Below the pieces are notes generated by a model, which was not told the origin of the DNA, searched no databases, and saw only the letters and a program-made list of their open reading frames with translations. DNA of 64,000 nucleotides. It comes from a virus. Location of the stretch: positions 26,868-90,867 of the IMG/VR virus record IMGVR_UViG_3300005532_000006; one strand, written 5' to 3'. The stretch's first letter is position 1. Every line of letters begins with the position of its first letter. Both the position numbers and the translations under genes were made by a program. Positions 57,671-64,000 of the stretch are shown here, in pieces.

Positions 57671-58540
57671 TCAGCCTAGCGAGGCTTCGGCTTCCGCCGT
57701 CGGTTCCGGCGCGCGGTCGGCGATGCCGATGCTGCGCCCGATCGAGTAGTCGTCGGCGAACGGCGCCTCGCCCTCGTAGAGATCGGCGTGCGTCAACTCG
57801 CTGGAGAAGCCGTCGGCATACCCGGCCTGCAGCGCCTCGTTGACGAAGGGCGCGTCGCGGCCGCGCTTCTGGGCGGCCGCCGCAAGCCAATCCGAACTCC
57901 ACTGCTGGCGCTCGACCGTGCCCAACGGATGCGGGTTCGCCTCGGCGGCGTCGCCCCGCAGTCCAGCGACGTAGCCCTCGCGCTGCGCCGCCGCCTGGAC
58001 CATCGCCTCGCCAGCGAGCGGCAGTTCCGGCTCGTCCCGGCCGAGCGGCAGCCCCGGCTGGTCGGCCTCGATTTTGGCCGGCGCGCGCTCCCCGAAATAC
58101 CGTTCAGGGTCGGAGACGACGATCATGATGCGCTGGCCCTGCGCATCGACGAGGGCGTGCCGGATCGCGGCGTCGACCGCGGCGAAGGTCAGCTTCGCCT
58201 CGATGCCCTTCGGCTTGAAGGCGACCTGCTCGAGTTGGACTCCGATCGTGACCCGGCTGTCGGCGGCGATGATATCGACTGCGCGGCGCACGATGGTCCG
58301 GCAGAGATCGTCGATGCGGTTGCCGAAGAGGCGCTGTTCGCCCTCCGACATCGCCTTGAACTGTTTCGGCTGGTGACGGACGAATTCCAGCACCTCGTCG
58401 CGCATGTCGCCGGAGAGGGTGCGCAATGCCGGCCGGAAGCGGTCGATGATGCGGTCGAGCGCGGCGTCCACCGGCCGCTCGGCCTCGGCGTCACCGTCCA
58501 CGCTGTTGATTTCTATGGTGTCGCTTGCGATATCTGCCAC
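57671..58540 (-). CDS. hypothetical protein with Rmf-like C-terminal motif
   Basis: QREGYVAGLRG..NPH..RQQWSSDW. Confidence 0.6.
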   Translation of the reverse strand: MADIASDTIEINSVDGDAEAERPVDAALDRIIDRFRPALRTLSGDMRDEVLEFVRHQPKQFKAMSEGEQRLFGNRIDDLCRTIVRRAVDIIAADSRVTIGVQLEQVAFKPKGIEAKLTFAAVDAAIRHALVDAQGQRIMIVVSDPERYFGERAPAKIEADQPGLPLGRDEPELPLAGEAMVQAAAQREGYVAGLRGDAAEANPHPLGTVERQQWSSDWLAAAAQKRGRDAPFVNEALQAGYADGFSSELTHADLYEGEAPFADDYSIGRSIGIADRAPEPTAEAEASLG

Positions 58541-58608
58541 GTGACTGATCCCCCTGATGGATCTGTTGCGCCTCTGCCGGCCCGCTAGCGACGGGCCGGC
58601 TTTTTTCT

Positions 58609-59034
58609 CTAGCCGGCAATACCGGTCTGTTGCCGCAGCGCCTCCTCGGCGAGCGCGATGGCCTTGTCGCAGAGATCCACGACCTCGGCCTGCGTGCGGC
58701 CGGGCTGGTCGTTCCACGCGGTCAGATAGGGGGTCGGAATCTCACCGGGCGGCACCGTGATGCCGGTCGCTTGGAGGAAACGCCAAAGGGCGAACCCCTC
58801 CCTAGGCTGGACGCTCTTGATGGCCAATACCGCGCCGACCAGACAGTAGCGGTACGACGTCATCCGCCGTGGGAACGGCAGCAACTGCCAGCGCCTGAGC
58901 TTGATGCAGGCGTAGTTCTGGCACCACCCCTCCGCCAGCTTGGCGCGCGCCTCCCGCAGCACCTCGACGGCATCGGCGAGGTAGCGCAGCTCTGAATCAA
59001 TCCCGTCGAACGGCATCGTCTTTTCCTCCCTCAC
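58609..59034 (-). CDS. DUF6197-like protein
   Basis: GWCQ..YCLVGA..WNDQPGRTQAEV. Confidence 0.65.
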   Translation of the reverse strand: MREEKTMPFDGIDSELRYLADAVEVLREARAKLAEGWCQNYACIKLRRWQLLPFPRRMTSYRYCLVGAVLAIKSVQPREGFALWRFLQATGITVPPGEIPTPYLTAWNDQPGRTQAEVVDLCDKAIALAEEALRQQTGIAG

Positions 59035-59115
59035 GCGGCATGACGCGGCGCGCCAGCCGCACCAGAGCCGCCGCCGTTGCCGCGAGCGCCATCGCCAGCG
59101 CCCGGCGTATGCTGT

Positions 59116-59421
59116 TCATCCGTTGCCACCTTGATCCCCCCGTCGAAGGCACTTGCGCAGGTCGGCGATCTCGGCCTCGATCTCGTCGAAGCGGCAGTGG
59201 ATTTCCGGTGTCGTCGGCAGCCCGAGCAACTGATCGAAGGCAGCGCCGAACTGCATGCTGGCCTGGGCCAAGCGCTCAATCGTCCAGTGTCGACCGGCGC
59301 GGAGATATTTCGCCATCCGCACCGACACGCCGAACCGGCGCGCAATGATCTTGTCCCGGTTTGGCGCCGGGATGAGCCGCGTGAGCGCCAATCCTGCGCG
59401 CTGGCCGTAGTCACTGGTCAT
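59116..59421 (-). CDS. putative HTH regulator (cII-like position)
   Basis: KIIARRFGVSVRMAKYLRAG. Confidence 0.5.
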   Translation of the reverse strand: MTSDYGQRAGLALTRLIPAPNRDKIIARRFGVSVRMAKYLRAGRHWTIERLAQASMQFGAAFDQLLGLPTTPEIHCRFDEIEAEIADLRKCLRRGDQGGNG

Positions 59422-60081
59422 CGCTCCGGGGCAATGTCTTTGCCCTTCTTTGCCCTCCTCGCCGCTCGCCATTCGTCACCGCCGATGCCAGTTTCCGCAG
59501 CGGCATGGCAATGATCGCGAACACAACGAACGGAGGTGAGACGACGGCTTGGCAGAGCATCGGCGCCCTGATCCGGCGCGTGACGCTGCGGTTTGATCGC
59601 GAGCTTCAGGAGGCGCTCGCCACCAGAACCGGCAGAAACGGCGCGCGGACACCCGCAACTGCCACGAAGCAGTGTCCGCGCTCTCCGGCGGCCCTCGCTC
59701 CCGGCCTTTCCCAAGGAACAGGTTGCGAGACCGGAGATGACGATCGGCTCGGGGAGGGCAGCGGCTGCCGCACGCGGCGAGCCGGACCGCCCTCCCCGGA
59801 CACGCCCGGCGCTCGAAAGCGGCCCGGCGATCGGTGAAATCGCTCTTGCTGTTGTCCTGGCGGGCCAGGTGGTGCTGCCGGGCTGCGCGCCGCCTCTCGG
59901 AACGGAAAGGAGGTGATGGCGTTGGCGGCACGGCCCGGAGCGCGGCATTTCCCCCGGCGGCATCCCCCGAGCCGCCGATGCCGCCTCCGGGCCGATCCCG
60001 TCGATATGCCTCGGTGCCGCCGTCATCGCACCGCCAGCCCGATCGCGAGCGCGAGCCACAGCAGCAGGATCGGCGTTGCGT

Positions 60082-60408
60082 TCATGATGCCCGCCGCACC
60101 GTCTTGGGCAGCACACCGGCGGCAGCAAAAGCGCACGCCAATTTGGCAAAAGGTCCGTGGACCGGCGGCGGCCAGTCGAGCCACCACATGCCGTCCCGAT
60201 CCCGGCGCAGTTCCGGTGAGCCGGGCATGCCGAAGCAGCTGGCGATCCCGCCGCTGCTTGCGGTTTTTGGTATTCCGCAGAACCCGCAGCGGTCCGAATC
60301 ATACCGCCAGTCGTGCTCGCCGGCGGCGCAGCGCGCGCCCTGCTCCTGCTCGCGGCGGATTTCCTTGATCCGCTCGGTCAGGTCGCTGTCGGCGATTCGT
60401 TCCCCCAT
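60082..60408 (-). CDS. hypothetical Zn-binding protein
   Basis: C....HDW.....CGFCG; GGAG RBS. Confidence 0.45.
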   Translation of the reverse strand: MGERIADSDLTERIKEIRREQEQGARCAAGEHDWRYDSDRCGFCGIPKTASSGGIASCFGMPGSPELRRDRDGMWWLDWPPPVHGPFAKLACAFAAAGVLPKTVRRAS

Positions 60409-60419
60409 CGCGCCCGCTC

Positions 60420-60635
60420 CTACTCGGCGGCAGCAGCCATGGCCGGACTGACGGGGCCGCCGCCACGGAGCGGCACGTGCGGCGCCGGCGCGCGTCCGTC
60501 GCGGCGCGCGTCGAAGAGCTTGACGGCGCCGCGGGCGCAGTCCTCGCAGATGCCGGCGCGGTTGCCCGCCGGATCGGTGACGAGAGGCCCCGTCGCCTCG
60601 AGCGGCCGCCCGCAGAAGTGGCAGCAAGGGATCAT
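60420..60635 (-). CDS. ClpX C4-type zinc-finger-like protein
   Basis: CHFCGR..LV..AGICEDC. Confidence 0.6.
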   Translation of the reverse strand: MIPCCHFCGRPLEATGPLVTDPAGNRAGICEDCARGAVKLFDARRDGRAPAPHVPLRGGGPVSPAMAAAAE

Positions 60636-60723
60636 CGGCGCCCCGTCATGCCGAACCGAATGAGCCGGCCGACGATCAGGCCGAACGGGATCGAGAAGGC
60701 GATCCAGGCGAGGATGGCGATCG

Positions 60724-60909
60724 TCATCGGATCGCCCTCGCGCGCACGCCCGCTTCCAGCACCATCGCGACGATCTGCCGGGCGAGGTCGATCTCGCTGT
60801 CGAGATCAAGTCCGGCCGGCTCGATCAAATCCAGCGCGTGACGGAACAGGACGTTATCGGGATCGGGCTCCGTGAGCGCGATCGGAGCGTGGGAGATGGC
60901 GGCCGCCAT
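60724..60909 (-). CDS. hypothetical protein
   Basis: TGATG coupled to cro. Confidence 0.5.
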   Translation of the reverse strand: MAAAISHAPIALTEPDPDNVLFRHALDLIEPAGLDLDSEIDLARQIVAMVLEAGVRARAIR

Positions 60910-61151
60910 CAGGCGGCCTCGTCTTCGGCCCGAAGAAGCCGAGGGTCTTTGAATTCCCCGGTCTCTGCGTATCGCGCCATCTGCTCGCGAGCGCGCTTCA
61001 CTGTCGAGCGGCGGCATTCGCGACCCTCGCGGATCTCAAACACAAAGGTCGGATCGCCCAGGGCATCGCGACCGAAGGCGGTCGGCGTCATCCGATGGGT
61101 GTAGAGAAACGCCTCGACTTCGGCGATCAGCGGGTGGGGAGGCAGGTCCAT
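60909..61151 (-). CDS. cro: Cro-like repressor
   Basis: MTPTAFGRDALGDPTFVFEIREGRE; divergent from cI. Confidence 0.75.
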   Translation of the reverse strand: MDLPPHPLIAEVEAFLYTHRMTPTAFGRDALGDPTFVFEIREGRECRRSTVKRAREQMARYAETGEFKDPRLLRAEDEAA

Positions 61152-61160
61152 GAGGGTAGG

Positions 61161-61218
61161 AACATAATAGGTGCGTTCCTATCCGTCAAGCGGGACGTTC
61201 CTATTGGCAATTTCCTAT
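61161..61218 (-). promoter_or_regulatory. PR-like promoter with OR operators
   Basis: TTGACG(61189)-17-TATGTT on the minus strand; ATAGG-N6-CCTAT at 61167-61182, degenerate copies at 61189 and 61203. Confidence 0.8.
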
Positions 61219-61242
61219 TCGGTCCCTGACAATTTGAACCGA

Positions 61243-61935
61243 ATGGACCTTGATCCTCCCCGGCTGCGTCTCCTGGAGTTGATCGGAGACCGCGAGACAG
61301 ATTTGGCGACCGTCTCTCGCGAGATCGGAAAAAATCACGCCTACCTTCAGCAGTATATCAAGAGAGGGACGCCCAGAGAGCTGCCAGAGGGGGCCCGCGA
61401 GGCGCTGGCGAAGTTCTTTCGCGTTGAACCCGACGAGTTCCGCGCCAACACGGCGAAGCGCGACCTGAAAGCAGTTAAAAGCGCAGGCGGCGATCTAATG
61501 ATGATCGGCGGTCAGGAGTTCGCTCTGCTGCCCGTATTTGATCTGCGGCTTTCTGCCGGACCCGGCGCTTGGTTCGACGAAGAAGACAGCGAGCCGCTTT
61601 ATTGGGAGCCGTATCGGCATCAGTGGCTTCGGTCGATATCCAGCGCGGCACCAAGCGAGCTGATCATCGCTCGGGTCGAGGGCGACTCCATGGAAAGCAC
61701 GCTTCACAACGGCGACCAGGTATTGATCGACCGGACGCGACGGCGAGTGAACCGCGACGGTATCTACGGCATCCGGCGCGATGATGATTTGCAGGTAAAG
61801 CGTATCGCCGTCGATCCCCGCAACGGCCTGCTGACGATCATCAGCGACAACCCGCAATATCCGCGGTGGGAGGGCGTCAATCCTGACTCTGTCGCGGTCA
61901 TCGGCCGCGTGATCTGGCTCGGCAGACAGGTCTGA
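61243..61935 (+). CDS. cI: CI-like repressor with S24 peptidase domain
   Basis: N-terminal HTH; SAG cleavage site; VEGDSM; VKR. Confidence 0.9.
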   Translation: MDLDPPRLRLLELIGDRETDLATVSREIGKNHAYLQQYIKRGTPRELPEGAREALAKFFRVEPDEFRANTAKRDLKAVKSAGGDLMMIGGQEFALLPVFDLRLSAGPGAWFDEEDSEPLYWEPYRHQWLRSISSAAPSELIIARVEGDSMESTLHNGDQVLIDRTRRRVNRDGIYGIRRDDDLQVKRIAVDPRNGLLTIISDNPQYPRWEGVNPDSVAVIGRVIWLGRQV

Positions 61936-61953
61936 AGAAGGGGGGCATCGATC

Positions 61954-62673
61954 GTGCTGGACGGCCCTTTCTTTATCGTTACCGCCTTCCTTCTTGCTCT
62001 GTATTTACCTGCAAGCGCGGCGACCACGCCGCCCTCGGGTTGGTCCATTACTGCGGACACGTCATGCGAACAACTCGTCGAGCACATCGACAGCGCCGAC
62101 GCCGATGATGTCACCGCTGGGTTCCTTGCGGTGTGGGGCGTCATGCAAAAGATCGACAGGGAGCGGGCGGCGCGGAACCTCGGCAACGTCATGCTGCAAT
62201 GCCATACGCATCCATCATGGACCCTGAGGCAGGCCATAACGGCGGCAGATGATGCACAGCCAGCCGAACAAGCCGGCGCCGCGCCACCGATGCCTAAAGC
62301 AGAAGAGGCACCGATATCGGTCAACCCGGCGGATATCGCCGTGGCTCCGGGCAAGTACGTCGGCAAGTTCATCGAAGTCGGCAAGTTGGTCTGCTACTAC
62401 GCCGGGACTGACGATTACCGATGCACGGCCACTACCCCGCCGATCATGGCGATATTTGCGAAGTCTCTCACCTCCGATGAAGGACAAAAGATCATCACGG
62501 AAGAGTGCGACACCCTCGAAAAGGCATTCAGCGCCACAAACTGCAAGGTCTTTCTCCGCTTGCGTTTTACTGCGGAAGACGTGTCTGACGATATTGTCTC
62601 CGGCTATCAGCGTCGCACTCTCATAACAGTCGAAAGTGCCGAGATCCGTTGGCCTAGCGCACGGCGGCGATAG
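61954..62673 (+). CDS. hypothetical exported protein
   Basis: signal peptide, several Cys; probably co-transcribed with cI. Confidence 0.6.
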   Translation: MLDGPFFIVTAFLLALYLPASAATTPPSGWSITADTSCEQLVEHIDSADADDVTAGFLAVWGVMQKIDRERAARNLGNVMLQCHTHPSWTLRQAITAADDAQPAEQAGAAPPMPKAEEAPISVNPADIAVAPGKYVGKFIEVGKLVCYYAGTDDYRCTATTPPIMAIFAKSLTSDEGQKIITEECDTLEKAFSATNCKVFLRLRFTAEDVSDDIVSGYQRRTLITVESAEIRWPSARRR

Positions 62674-62677
62674 CCCC

Positions 62678-62926
62678 ATGAAAGCCATCCTGCTCTCGCT
62701 GCTGATCCTGCTGACGGTGAGCGGCGGCATCGCGCGAGCTTTCGAAGGCAACTGCGGCTACTACACGAACCGCAGCGGCCACGTGGTGCCGCGGCCGTGC
62801 GGCGACTGGCATACGCAGCAGCCGCCTCCCGGCGCCACCGCACGCTGCCGCGACGGCACCTACAGCTTTTCGGAGCACCGGCGCGGGACCTGCTCGCGCC
62901 ACGGCGGCGTCGCCGGTTACCGGTAA
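62678..62926 (+). CDS. DUF3761-like exported protein
   Basis: signal peptide; ATARCRDGTYSFSEHRRGTCSRHGGV. Confidence 0.8.
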   Translation: MKAILLSLLILLTVSGGIARAFEGNCGYYTNRSGHVVPRPCGDWHTQQPPPGATARCRDGTYSFSEHRRGTCSRHGGVAGYR

Positions 62927-63017
62927 CAGCGAACGGCTCGCGCGATGATCTGATCATCGGGAATTTATACCGCGGGAACTTAAAGCGGCGGGCCGCAGCG
63001 ATCGCCTTGCGCGGGTG

Positions 63018-63061
63018 ATAGGAAAATACCTATTGACGGGTAGGATTGTCCCTATTATCTT
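63018..63061 (+). promoter_or_regulatory. PL-like promoter with OL operators
   Basis: ATAGG-AAAATA-CCTAT at 63018, GTAGG-ATTGTC-CCTAT at 63040; TTGACG(63033)-17-TATCTT. Confidence 0.8.
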
Positions 63062-63091
63062 CCTCCCATCCTCAGCGATGGGAGCGCCCCG

Positions 63092-63454
63092 ATGCCGCTA
63101 CCGACTGCCGACGATCCATTCACGCGTATCGAGGCCGGCGAGGCGAAGCCCAACATCCACCAGCCAATAGCAAGGCCCGATCTTCCCCCTCTGGCCGAGT
63201 GTCCGAACGAGGATCTCGCGGAGGGGCTTCGGAGGCGCGGATATCGCGTCATATCCGACGATGACGCTGCCGCCGCGATCGCGGCGGCGCGCGCGTTCCT
63301 GATCGACCAGCTCCCCGGCCGCATTGTCGGCAAGCTCTGCGACGCGCTCGATAAGGACGAGCGCCGGCTCCTCTACGCCGCCGTTGCCCTCTACGGGAGC
63401 CGAGAGCGTGGCGTCGCCATCGAGCGACTGCGCCTGCGGATGGAGGCCGCGTGA
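63092..63454 (+). CDS. hypothetical early protein
   Basis: GGAG RBS; first gene after PL. Confidence 0.6.
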   Translation: MPLPTADDPFTRIEAGEAKPNIHQPIARPDLPPLAECPNEDLAEGLRRRGYRVISDDDAAAAIAAARAFLIDQLPGRIVGKLCDALDKDERRLLYAAVALYGSRERGVAIERLRLRMEAA

Positions 63455-64000
63455 TGGCCGCCCCCCTCACCGCCGAACAACTCGCGCTGATCGAGCGCGT
63501 CCATCTCGACGAGGGCACGCACGCCAATTTCGAGGCCGGCGTCTGCGCGATGGAGCTGGTCAGCTACCTCGCCGGCGAGCCGTTCTCCGACCATCCGCAA
63601 TGCGTCTGTCCGGTGCTCGGCGCCTTCGTGCGGTCGTGGAACGACGCGCTGCCGGACGACGAGCGCGACGCGCTGCTGAAGCCGCTTCTGCCGAGGCTGA
63701 TCGGCACGCGCGGCAGTGATGCTCTTGCCGAACGCCGCGCCCTGATGGCTGCCGATTGGCTGGTGCGCGTGCATACGCCAGCGTGGCTACGGCTCGCGAA
63801 GCTCAATGCCCAAGCCGACGCGCTGGCTAACCTGCCCGAAATCACGTCGATGGCGCAGATACCGTCCATCCGCGGGCCGATTGAGGCGGCGCAGCGTGAC
63901 GCGGCCGCCGCCTGGGACGCCGCCAGGACCGCCGCCAGGACCGCCGCCTGGGACGCCGCCTGGGACGCCGCCGGGGACGCCGCCTGGGACGCCGCCAGGG
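63454..64000 (+). CDS. hypothetical protein with AAWD/AART repeats, runs off window
   Basis: CAMELVSYLAGEPFSDHPQCVCPVL..WND; 12-bp repeats from 63904. Confidence 0.7.
   Translation, partial: MAAPLTAEQLALIERVHLDEGTHANFEAGVCAMELVSYLAGEPFSDHPQCVCPVLGAFVRSWNDALPDDERDALLKPLLPRLIGTRGSDALAERRALMAADWLVRVHTPAWLRLAKLNAQADALANLPEITSMAQIPSIRGPIEAAQRDAAAAWDAARTAARTAAWDAAWDAAGDAAWDAAR

Overview
This GC-rich window is most of a temperate, contractile-tailed (pro)phage, probably of an alphaproteobacterium. The minus strand carries the virion module (baseplate, tape measure, tube, sheath, neck, capsid, protease, portal, terminase; about 1-37 kb) and the early/replication module (DUF1376 initiator with iterons, SNF2-methyltransferase fusion, RuvC-like resolvase, HU; about 49.5-61 kb). 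A lambda-like cro/cI switch with readable OR and OL operators follows at 60.9-63.1 kb. Integrase and lysis genes are not recognisable in the window. Two accessory loci stand out. (1) At 8.2-10.8 kb, inside the tail operon and flanked by two toxin-antitoxin pairs, an operon ends in a stand-alone Cas7/RAMP-like gene and a small partner gene. It is followed by about 230 bp of non-coding 5-nt-periodic (GGC-NN)n repeats, cut into four segments by a conserved junction and closed by a hairpin. This is a candidate RNA-guided system with a non-CRISPR guide whose information is in the variable dinucleotides. (2) At 45.8-49.5 kb is an array-less type IV-B-like Cas operon (cas11-csf2-csf3-cysH-like-csf1). 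Its csf2 has an in-frame amber codon, it embeds a tiny Gly-rich peptide gene, and it converges on a separately promoted operon ending in an AcrVA2-like gene. All family calls come from motif recognition by eye; no database searches were run.
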